Below are positions 16,309 to 23,598 of a stretch of 23,598 nucleotides of DNA, piece by piece. Within the stretch, counting starts at the first letter, position 1, and each line of letters opens with the position of its first letter. This stretch comes from an uncultured bacterium (GTDB lineage Bacteria > Abyssobacteria > SURF-5). Both the position numbers and the translations under genes were made by a program. Location of the stretch: assembly GCA_964607485.1 (NCBI GenBank), contig CAZSKP010000058.1, positions 1 to 23,598 on the forward strand, in the 5' to 3' direction. The notes beneath the pieces were generated by a model that was given only the letters and a program-made list of their open reading frames with translations, made no database searches and had not been told where the DNA came from.

Positions 16309-18192
16309 TCACGTGAGCCTGAAATCAAGCCGGTCGGGCGGGAAATTCGGGTTGTAGTATTTGTCAACAGGAACCTTTTCGGCCCATTTTTCGGTGAATA
16401 TCCGCTCCTCCCGCTCCGCCGCTCTCCTGCCGGTGCTGGCGCTCTCGTGGTGATAAAGGAGCGCAAACGGCGTGAAGACGACCCGGTGGCCGGCCTCTTG
16501 AACGCGCAGACAGAAATCGACATCCTGGTACGAGACCGCATAGGAGACATCGAACCCGCCCAGTTTCTGGAAGATTCCCTTCTCCACCATCATGCAGGCG
16601 CCGCTGACGGCCGAGCAGTTGCGAATGCTGTCGGCCATCCCGAAGTAGCCGTGCTCGGCCCGCGGCAGCCGGCTGTGCAGATGCCCCGCCGCGCCGCAAT
16701 GCCATAGCACCACGCCGGCGTGTTGCACCGTATCGTCGGGATAGAGCAACTTCGCGCCGACGACGGCCACTCCCGGAATCTGCATCAACTCCAGCATCGC
16801 CTCAAGCCAGCCGGCCTCGATCATCTCGGTGTCGTTGTTCAGGAACACCAGATAATCGCCCCTCGCCCTGTCGGCGGCGAGGTTGTTGATGACGGAGAAG
16901 TTGAACTCCGCGTCGTGTCGAATCACGCTGATTCGCGGATCATCCCCGAGCGAGTCGAGGTACTCCCGCGTGCTTTTCTCAACGCTCTGGTTATCAACAA
17001 TGATGATCTCATAGTTCGAATAGCTTGTCTTTCGCCTGATCGAATCGACGCATCGGCGAAGCTGCTCCAACCTGTCTCTTGTCGGAACGATTATGCTGGC
17101 AGACGCGCCGGCGGGAATAGACGGCCTCACCCTGTAGCTTCCGGCGAAGAGGCCCTGCTCTACCTTGCCAGGGATGTTGCGGCGTTCGAGCGCGTCCTCG
17201 AGCGCTTTCATGGACGAGGGTGCGGCCGATTTACCTCCGGCCGGCGACGCATATTCCACCGAGGTCGAGCCCGGCGCGCGGCGCCAATGGTAGAGAACCT
17301 TCGGTATGTGGCAAATCCTGTCGGTGTGTTCGGTGAGCCTGAGCACGAGGTCGTGGTCCTGCGCGCCCTCAAATCCCTGCCGGAATCCGCCCACCTCGTC
17401 GAGCAGCTTCTTTCGGTACACTCCCAGATGGCACGTGTACATCCCGGCCAGAAGCAGTTCGGGCGACCAGTCGGGCTTGAGGAACGCCTCCACATGGCGC
17501 CCGCGTTCGTCCAGTTTGTCCTCGTCGGAATAGATCATGTCTGTGTCGGGATGTTCGTTCAACAGCTTCACCGCCTCGAACAGGGCCTCAAGCGAAAGCT
17601 CGTCGTCGTGGTCGAACAAGGCGACGAACTCGCCTCCCGCAAGCTCCAGGGCGGCATTAGAGGCGCCGGCGATGCCGGTGTTGTGCGGCAGGAATGTTAC
17701 CTTCACCCGCTCCCGCTCGGCCGCGAGACGCTCGAGTTCTTCCCTCGTGTCGGCCCGGCTGGAGCAATCATCGGCAATGCAGAGCTCCCAGTCGGGATAA
17801 ACCTGCGCCTCCACCGATTCCACCGCCCGGCGCAGCAGCGCAGGCTCGACATCGAACACCGGCATAATGACGCTGATGAGCGGCCTGTACGCGAACGCGG
17901 CCACCCCGGCCCGCATCGCCTGGAGTTCTTCTTCATTTGGAGCGTTTCTGCGGCGCCACATGCGGTAGCGGATGTCCTCGACCGACAGCAGGCGCCTGCC
18001 CAAAAAACGGCAGCCGAGATAGGATAGGAGGTAACGCAGCGTTACCGCCACGCCTTCGCTTTCGGCCATCTGCAAGGTCTTTTGCAGCTTCGAGGTCAAG
18101 TCTTCCCCCGCGTTCAGCGTCGCGCCCATCCGCCAGAAGCTTGTTTTCCGCCCCGGCCAACCATCATACCACGGATGCGCTTTTTTTCCCAT
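16309..18192 (-). CDS. Tandem GT2 glycosyltransferase (Myxococcus RfbC-like O-antigen biosynthesis protein)
   Basis: Domain 1: ISVIMPVFD, ADDCS, FDHDD, YSDEDK, GAQDHDL, LYHWR. Domain 2: SIIVPTRD, FNFSVINN, LNND, QHAGV, SAVSGAC, DVDFCLR, HHESAS. Start uncertain (18192 or 18129). Confidence 0.92.
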   Translation of the reverse strand: MGKKAHPWYDGWPGRKTSFWRMGATLNAGEDLTSKLQKTLQMAESEGVAVTLRYLLSYLGCRFLGRRLLSVEDIRYRMWRRRNAPNEEELQAMRAGVAAFAYRPLISVIMPVFDVEPALLRRAVESVEAQVYPDWELCIADDCSSRADTREELERLAAERERVKVTFLPHNTGIAGASNAALELAGGEFVALFDHDDELSLEALFEAVKLLNEHPDTDMIYSDEDKLDERGRHVEAFLKPDWSPELLLAGMYTCHLGVYRKKLLDEVGGFRQGFEGAQDHDLVLRLTEHTDRICHIPKVLYHWRRAPGSTSVEYASPAGGKSAAPSSMKALEDALERRNIPGKVEQGLFAGSYRVRPSIPAGASASIIVPTRDRLEQLRRCVDSIRRKTSYSNYEIIIVDNQSVEKSTREYLDSLGDDPRISVIRHDAEFNFSVINNLAADRARGDYLVFLNNDTEMIEAGWLEAMLELMQIPGVAVVGAKLLYPDDTVQHAGVVLWHCGAAGHLHSRLPRAEHGYFGMADSIRNCSAVSGACMMVEKGIFQKLGGFDVSYAVSYQDVDFCLRVQEAGHRVVFTPFALLYHHESASTGRRAAEREERIFTEKWAEKVPVDKYYNPNFPPDRLDFRLT

Positions 18193-18286
18193 CTATCCAT
18201 GAGGTGTCTCACAACCTCAGTGCTGCGTAAATGGATTCCCGCCTCGGCGACCGCACATTTGGGATACAGAACTCTGAACCATTCGA

Positions 18287-18315
18287 TTGCTTAAGATTTC
18301 ACTGTCGGTTATAAT
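18287..18315 (+). promoter_or_regulatory. Sigma70-type promoter for mscS-like/corA
   Basis: TTGCTT-17 nt-TATAAT about 100 nt upstream of ATG 18419. Confidence 0.6.
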
Positions 18316-18418
18316 GAGTCTATCCTGTACGGATACGGATTCATAGGTCGCGGGTGCGCGGAGAGGGCACCGAGTCGAGACCGCCTGATGTTGTTGTCGG
18401 AAAGAGCAGGGTCTTGAT

Positions 18419-19369
18419 ATGAACAACCCATTTGAATGGATGCCACGGGTGGCGGAACTGAGCCCGGAGACGCTGGGAAACCTTTTGACGTCGGCCGGCA
18501 TCATCCTTTTCCTGGTGCTCTTCCGCGCCGTGGCCGTCAGGATACTCTATCGGCGAGTCGAAGACGTGCGCGGTCGATACCGGTGGAGAAAGACGATAAC
18601 ATACACGACGGTATTCTTCGGCATATTCATGGTGGCCCGCGTATGGTTCCAAGGCATTCAGTCGTTGGCAACGTTCTTGGGCCTGCTGTCAGCCGGGTTG
18701 GCGATCGCGTTGAAGGACATGATAGCGGACATCGCCGGTTGGGTTTTCATCGTTTGGCGCAGACCTTTTGACGTGGGAGACCGCATCCAGATCGGAAGCA
18801 ACGCCGGCGATGTCATAGATATTCGCGTGTTTCAGTTCATTCTTCTGGAAATCGGCAACTGGGTGGATGCGGACCAGAGCACGGGTCGGATGATTCAAGT
18901 TCCCAATGTCCTGGTCTTTACTGAACCTCTGGCAAACTACAGCAAAGGATTCGAATACATCTGGAACGAAATCCCCGTCCTCGTAACGTTCGAGAGCAAC
19001 TGGAAAAAGGCAAAGGGCATACTGCTGGATATAGCGAACAAGCAATTGGAGCACATCGACAAGGCGGTTGAGAGGCAGATCAAAGAGGCGGGCAAGCGAT
19101 TCATGATATTCTACTCCGTACTGACCCCCACCGTATACACGAGCGTAAAGGACAGCGGAGTCATGCTGACGATTCGCTACATCTGCGAGGTGCGCCGCCG
19201 CCGAGGTACGACACAGTCCATCTGGGAAAGAATTCTGGAAGAATTCTCCAAATGCGACGACATAGATTTCGCCTACCCGACACAGCGGTTCTATAACAAT
19301 CTAAGCGAGGGAAAGCCGGGGGCCAAGCCTCCGTCGGCCGAATCGGATAAGGAAAAATCAGAGACATAA
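18419..19369 (+). CDS. mscS: Small-conductance mechanosensitive channel family protein
   Basis: Three N-terminal TM segments; GLAIALKD-IADIAGW; RPFDVGDRIQIG..GDVIDI; VPN; IDFAYPT. Confidence 0.9.
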   Translation: MNNPFEWMPRVAELSPETLGNLLTSAGIILFLVLFRAVAVRILYRRVEDVRGRYRWRKTITYTTVFFGIFMVARVWFQGIQSLATFLGLLSAGLAIALKDMIADIAGWVFIVWRRPFDVGDRIQIGSNAGDVIDIRVFQFILLEIGNWVDADQSTGRMIQVPNVLVFTEPLANYSKGFEYIWNEIPVLVTFESNWKKAKGILLDIANKQLEHIDKAVERQIKEAGKRFMIFYSVLTPTVYTSVKDSGVMLTIRYICEVRRRRGTTQSIWERILEEFSKCDDIDFAYPTQRFYNNLSEGKPGAKPPSAESDKEKSET

Positions 19370-19454
19370 GGCGAACGTACCAGAACCTTTTTGCCAAGCT
19401 TTCGCACGCTCGCTTGTTTTCCGCCGTATCAATCGACTTGAGAGGTGAAGAGAG

Positions 19455-20519
19455 ATGCCGAAATTTGTCAAGAAGAGGGCCAAGAAGATCGGCGCTCCGC
19501 CCGGAACGCTCGTCCACATCGGCAGGAAAAAAGCGGAGAAGATAAGAATACAAATCATAGGCTACGATCAGACGAATTTTCGGGAGAAAGAAGCGAAGAC
19601 AATCGAGGAATGCTTCCCATTCAGAGACGAGCCGTCCGTGACGTGGATCAACGTGGACGGCCTGCACGAGGTCGAGGTTCTGGAAAAGCTCGGCCTCGCC
19701 TATGGCCTGCACCATCTCGTTCTGGAAGACATCCTGAACACCGACCAGCGTCCGAAGATGGACGACTTGGACGACTACATCTATCTCGTTCTGAAGATGC
19801 TCTCTTTCAATCATGAGAGCGATGAGCTGCAGGTCGAGCAGGTCAGCTTGATCCTCGGCCGGAATTTCGTCATCTCCTTCCAGGAAAGGGAGGGGGATGT
19901 GTTCGACCCCATCAGGGAACGGCTCAGGAGCAACAAGGGCCGCATAAGAAAGATGGGCGCCGATTATCTCGCTTACTCTCTGATGGACATAATCGTCGAT
20001 AACTATTTCGTGGCTCTGGAAAAGATCGGCGAGAGGATAGAGGCGGTGGAGGAAGAACTGATTGTCAATCCGCCGACGGAAACTCTCCAGACGCTCCACA
20101 CATTAAAAAGGGAGATGATATTCTTGCGCAGGTCGGTGTGGCCCCTTCGCGACGCGATCAGCGGACTCGAGAGAGGAGGCTCGACGCTTATCGACGAATC
20201 CACCCTGATATACCTTCGCGATCTCTACGACCACACGGTTCACGTGATAGATACGGTAGAGACATACAGAGAGATGCTCGCCGGACTGCACGACATCTAT
20301 CTCTCGAGCATCAGCAACAGGATGAACGAAGTAATGAAGGTGCTGACCATCATCGCAACGATATTCATTCCCTTAGGCTTCATCGCCGGCGTCTACGGAA
20401 TGAATTTCAAGTACATCCCCGAACTTAACCTGCAGTGGGGATATTTCTACGCGCTCTTTGGCATGCTGCTCATAAGCGTCTTGATGCTCCTCTATTTCAG
20501 GAAGAAGAAGTGGCTGTAA
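19455..20519 (+). CDS. corA: Magnesium/cobalt transporter CorA
   Basis: GAPPGTL, TWINVDG, LEDILNTDQRPK, SNRMNEVMKVLT, YGMNF signature, IPEL loop, FRKKKWL C-terminus. Confidence 0.97.
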   Translation: MPKFVKKRAKKIGAPPGTLVHIGRKKAEKIRIQIIGYDQTNFREKEAKTIEECFPFRDEPSVTWINVDGLHEVEVLEKLGLAYGLHHLVLEDILNTDQRPKMDDLDDYIYLVLKMLSFNHESDELQVEQVSLILGRNFVISFQEREGDVFDPIRERLRSNKGRIRKMGADYLAYSLMDIIVDNYFVALEKIGERIEAVEEELIVNPPTETLQTLHTLKREMIFLRRSVWPLRDAISGLERGGSTLIDESTLIYLRDLYDHTVHVIDTVETYREMLAGLHDIYLSSISNRMNEVMKVLTIIATIFIPLGFIAGVYGMNFKYIPELNLQWGYFYALFGMLLISVLMLLYFRKKKWL

Positions 20520-20593
20520 CATTAGAGCAGCGAACATTGAATCTATATGAAGACTAGCTGACAATGGGGACCGTAAATTCGTATGATGCTAAT

Positions 20594-20667
20594 GTAGGTG
20601 CGAATTCATTCGCACGAACGATGCAAGAAAAAGAACGGAAATGCTGTGCGAATGAATTCGCACCTAC
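20594..20667. repeat. REPIN-like doublet: two inverted GTAG-type REP sequences
   Basis: GTAGGTGCGAATTCATTCGCAC (20594-20615) and its exact reverse complement (20646-20667), with a 30-nt spacer; each arm is itself a GTAG-preceded hairpin. Confidence 0.85.
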
Positions 20668-20703
20668 TCTTTGTTAACTCACCAATGGAAGAAGGTTAGA
20701 TGA

Positions 20704-21066
20704 ATGAGGCCCAATCTGAGAGCAGCAATCGCATACATTGTTGGCCGCCTCATCTCTGGAAAGCGCGCCCCCGACGTCTATGACTACTCCAGCAGCAAAT
20801 ACATCCTAATAGACGGAACAGTACAACGAGATGTCATCGATGTCTACGACTATGAGCGTTCCTGTTATATATCTGGCGACGGCAATGGCCGAAGCTTCTC
20901 CTTATATGACTACGGAGATAGCCATCACATCGATCTTACGGTAGAGGGAAACAGATTTGACGGCTATGACTATGGGTCATGATCGCACTTTGACGGAAGT
21001 GTCTCTGGGGATTCAATAAGCCTTTATGATTACGGAGCGGGAAGATACTTTGAATATTCAATATAG
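20704..21066 (+). pseudogene. YDY-repeat small protein (120 codons) interrupted by a single in-frame TGA at 20980-20982
   Basis: 92 aa containing four YDY repeats, then TGA; the same frame continues SHFDGSVSGDSISLYDYGAGRYFEYSI* and includes a fifth YDY repeat. Confidence 0.75.
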
Positions 21067-21239
21067 GAGAATGACCATGAATCCAGGTCAATGGCAGTTC
21101 AGAAACCTTCGCGCCCTGTATGAAGCGTTTGTAATATATGCGAAGTCCCTGTCCAGAAACGGCCAAATTTGTCACCTAAACGAGCGCCAGTTTGCGCCCA
21201 AAGTCCCAATGCGCCCCCCGGTCTCCCTCGGGAACACTC

Positions 21240-21269
21240 TGTAGGGGCGGTTCGCGAACCGCCCCTACA
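21240..21269. repeat. Perfect 30-bp palindrome, GTAG-type REP
   Basis: TGTAGGGGCGGTTCGCGAACCGCCCCTACA is its own reverse complement and has GTAG/CTAC ends. Confidence 0.85.
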
Positions 21270-21328
21270 CCGGCTCACAAACAACCAGACACTTCCCGCT
21301 CGAATTCCGCATCTGGCCTCCGAAAAAA

Positions 21329-21358
21329 TTGACATTTCGACGCGCGAGAAACTATAAT
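21329..21358 (+). promoter_or_regulatory. Consensus sigma70 promoter of the AAA+/vWA operon
   Basis: Exact TTGACA (21329-21334), 18-nt spacer, exact TATAAT (21353-21358); A-tract upstream. Confidence 0.8.
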
Positions 21359-21396
21359 TGTTATAGATATTAACTGAATTTTTCAGCCGAAACGCT

Positions 21397-21429
21397 GGCC
21401 CTTCGAGCGGAAGCGGCTCTTTTTTGTTT
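21397..21429 (+). terminator. Terminator-like hairpin plus U-tract in the 5' leader (possible attenuator)
   Basis: GGCCCTTC-GAGCG-GAAG(C)GGCT followed by CTTTTTTGTTT, located between the promoter and ATG 21436. Confidence 0.4.
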
Positions 21430-21435
21430 CAGAAA

Positions 21436-22833
21436 ATGAACAAGCCACATACACTGAAAGAGTTGAAAAAATCCCGGTATCGCGTCGCGCCCGTCAGGGA
21501 GGAGCTACGCAGGAACCTCATTGCAAAGATGAAGGCGGGCGAGACGCTGTTTCCCGACATAATCGGCTACGAGCAGACCGTCATCCCGCAGCTCGAAAAC
21601 GCCATCCTGTCGGGACACGACATGATTTTCCTCGGCGAGAGAGGCCAGGCGAAATCGCGCCTGATCCGCAACCTGGCCAGCCTCCTCGACGACGAAATCC
21701 CCATCGTGAAGGGCTGCGAGATAAACGACAACCCGTTCGCTCCAACGTGCAAGTCGTGTCGCGAGAAAGCCCGTGAGCAGGGCGATTCGCTCGAGGTCGA
21801 GTGGATAACTCCCGAGCGCAGGTACGCCGAGAAGCTTGCCACGCCCGACGTGACCATAGCCGACCTCATCGGCGAAGTGGACCCGATAAAGGTCGCCGAG
21901 GGCAAATACCTCTCCGACGAGGAAGCGATACATTTCGGGCTCATTCCGCGCGTGAACAGGGGCATATTTTCCATCAACGAGCTCCCCGACCTGGCCGAGA
22001 AGGTGCAGGTCGGACTGTTTAACATAATGGAGGAGCGCGACGTCCAGATAAAGGGATTCACGGTCAGGCTCAAGCTCGACGTGCTCATCGTCGCGAGCGC
22101 GAACCCCGAGGATTACACCAATCGCGGCCGCATCATAACGCCGCTCAAAGACCGGTACTCCTCGCAGATACGCACGCACTATCCCGCCAGCCCGGCGGTC
22201 GAGGCGCAGATAGTCGAACAGGAGCGCCGCCGCTTCGAGGACGATGGCTACACGGTCGCCCTGCCGCCGTTCATGCAGGAGATACTCACCCGGATAACGT
22301 TCCTCGCGAGAGAGAACCCCGACGTCAGCCAGCGTTCGGGCGTGAGCGTGCGCATGTCCATAAGCAACACTGAATGCCTGCTCAGCAACGCCGAGAAGCG
22401 CTCTATCACGCTGGGCGAAAAAGAGGTCGTGCCGCGCATAACCGACCTGCCCGCGATCATCTCCTCGACCGCGGGGAAACTCGAGCTCGACACGTTCTCG
22501 CACGACGGCCACGAGGACAAGTTGATACGCCACCTGATAAACGAGGCCGTCAAACAAACCTTCGACAGCCATTTCGACGTTGAGTCGCTTTCGGAAATCA
22601 CGGAGGCGTTTCGGGAAGGCGCGACGGCGGTGGTTTCGGATTCTCTCACATCCGAGGACTACCTGCGCCAGTTTTCCGAGATCAAGAGCCTCGTCTCGAA
22701 AGCGAAGGCCTTCTGCCCGGAGTGCACTCCCGCAATGCTCGCCTCCGTGGCGGAATTCATCCTCGAAGGCCTCTACCTCAACCGCCGCATCCACAAGGAG
22801 CCGCTGGGCGCAAAGGTGCGATACAAAGGTTAG
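21436..22833 (+). CDS. Mg-chelatase ChlI/MoxR-like AAA+ ATPase
   Basis: Walker A GERGQAKS, EKLATPD, Walker B region FSINELPDL, ASANPEDYTNRGRIITPLKDR, SGVSVR. Start chosen at ATG 21436 (the track starts at TTG 21424). Confidence 0.88.
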   Translation: MNKPHTLKELKKSRYRVAPVREELRRNLIAKMKAGETLFPDIIGYEQTVIPQLENAILSGHDMIFLGERGQAKSRLIRNLASLLDDEIPIVKGCEINDNPFAPTCKSCREKAREQGDSLEVEWITPERRYAEKLATPDVTIADLIGEVDPIKVAEGKYLSDEEAIHFGLIPRVNRGIFSINELPDLAEKVQVGLFNIMEERDVQIKGFTVRLKLDVLIVASANPEDYTNRGRIITPLKDRYSSQIRTHYPASPAVEAQIVEQERRRFEDDGYTVALPPFMQEILTRITFLARENPDVSQRSGVSVRMSISNTECLLSNAEKRSITLGEKEVVPRITDLPAIISSTAGKLELDTFSHDGHEDKLIRHLINEAVKQTFDSHFDVESLSEITEAFREGATAVVSDSLTSEDYLRQFSEIKSLVSKAKAFCPECTPAMLASVAEFILEGLYLNRRIHKEPLGAKVRYKG

Positions 22834-22837
22834 ACCG

Positions 22838-23598
22838 ATGAACACGTATAGATATACCGCCCCAGCCCGGCGACAGCAGCCCTTCCCCGATGCCGACGCA
22901 ATCATGGACCAACTGGCCGAACACGCGCTCGAGCAGAATTCGCTCGAGCAGGCCATGCTCAAGCTGTGCAAGAACGGCGTGAAGCAAAAGTACGACGACT
23001 CGCTTGCCGGACTCGACCAGCTCGCCTCCCGGCTCCGCCGCCGCCGTCAGCAACTGCTCGATCGGTACACGCTCGAACCGCTGCTGCGGCAGCTTTCGGA
23101 GCAGATTCGGTCGCTCGTCCGCCGCGAACTCGAAGCTCTTCGCGAGAAAGTATCATCGGAAGAGGAACGGCTCAACCGAAAGGCCGAATCGTTTCTCGAG
23201 CAGACGGCCGAGACCGTGCGCAAGCTCGAGCAAATGCGCGCCGGCAAACGCCGGGCCACCACACAGGCGTGCGCAAGACTGGAGAAAAAGTTCGAGGAAT
23301 TATTCCTCCAGAAACACGAGCTCGAAACCCAATCACGAGCGCTGCGGAGCGAAGAGGCGCACCGGCTCGCCTCGCTTCAACAAGTGCCGAACAGCCCAGG
23401 CCGGGCGCTGAAGAAGCTGAAGGAGTACCAGCCGCTCGATTCGTCCGTCCGCGACTCGCTGGCGTCGTTGGGCGAGATGGCCGACAGAGTAGCCGCCGCC
23501 GAGCGGGTCCAGTCGCAACCCGGCCTTTGCGGCAGCGAGCCGGTCGGCCTCGATGAGGCGGCCAAGCTGGTCAACCGAATATTGGGCATGGAACGGCT
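22838..23598 (+). CDS. Coiled-coil N-terminal part of the probable vWA-domain partner of the AAA+ ATPase (partial; absent from ORF track)
   Basis: The frame from ATG 22838 is open to the window end: MNTYRYTAPARRQQPFPDADAIMDQLAEHALEQNSLEQAMLKLCKNG...GLDQLASRLRRRRQQLLDRYTLEPLL... It starts 4 nt after the ATPase stop. The vWA domain itself is not visible and is inferred from the usual MoxR/ChlI-vWA pairing. Confidence 0.7.
   Translation, partial: MNTYRYTAPARRQQPFPDADAIMDQLAEHALEQNSLEQAMLKLCKNGVKQKYDDSLAGLDQLASRLRRRRQQLLDRYTLEPLLRQLSEQIRSLVRRELEALREKVSSEEERLNRKAESFLEQTAETVRKLEQMRAGKRRATTQACARLEKKFEELFLQKHELETQSRALRSEEAHRLASLQQVPNSPGRALKKLKEYQPLDSSVRDSLASLGEMADRVAAAERVQSQPGLCGSEPVGLDEAAKLVNRILGMER

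Noticed and set aside
16720-18027. Long + strand ORF (435 aa); likewise 21505-22971, 19161-20099, 13671-14579, 5343-6236, 9455-10294 and 10436-11266
   Set aside because: These are antisense shadows of well-supported genes and carry no recognisable motifs.
18232-18244. TGGATTCCCGCCT, resembling half of a dRS3-like palindromic repeat
   Set aside because: The complementary arm is missing and the match is too short to support.
20594-20667. Mini CRISPR array
   Set aside because: The repeats are inverted rather than direct, there are only two, and no cas genes are present.
21067-21200. attC site after the YDY gene
   Set aside because: No RYYYAAC...GTTRRRY inverted structure was found downstream of the stop.
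21436-22833. Non-canonical Walker motifs (GERGQAKS, INE) as a sign of an inactive ATPase, or the gene as a true chlorophyll Mg-chelatase
   Set aside because: As I recall, these variants are normal for this ChlI/MoxR-like subfamily; there are no chlH/bchH or other tetrapyrrole genes in the window, and proximity to corA is not evidence of a magnesium role.
22966-23556. 196-aa and 135-aa + strand ORFs from the track
   Set aside because: They are low-complexity Arg/Ala/Ser-rich off-frame translations; the frame from ATG 22838 is open to the edge and protein-like.

Overview
Bacterial genomic window. Most of it (1-18192, all minus strand) is a cell-surface glycan locus. An RfbC-like tandem GT2 comes first, followed by a sigma70-promoter-driven operon: winged-HTH (EPS-associated MarR-like) regulator, Wzm/Wzt ABC exporter (Wzt with a C-terminal extension), two GT2s, a DUF115/Maf/CstII-like protein and a double methyltransferase. 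Behind these lies a visibly more AT-rich 'tailoring' block (1-8190): an uncharacterised 327-aa protein, an unannotated translationally coupled 56-aa microprotein, a B12-binding radical SAM enzyme, a DPM1-like GT2, an AsnB-like amidotransferase, a radical SAM enzyme with a Cys-containing C-terminal domain, and two Zn-ribbon methyltransferases (the last runs off the left edge). The right part (+ strand) has mscS-like and corA genes, then a short accessory gap holding two different GTAG-type REP elements around a YDY-repeat gene broken by one in-frame TGA. It ends with a consensus promoter, a possible attenuator, and a ChlI/MoxR-like AAA+ ATPase with its probable vWA partner (partial). The best candidate for an undescribed system is the radical-SAM/amidotransferase/methyltransferase block with its hidden microprotein. 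All family calls come from motif recognition by eye; no searches were run.
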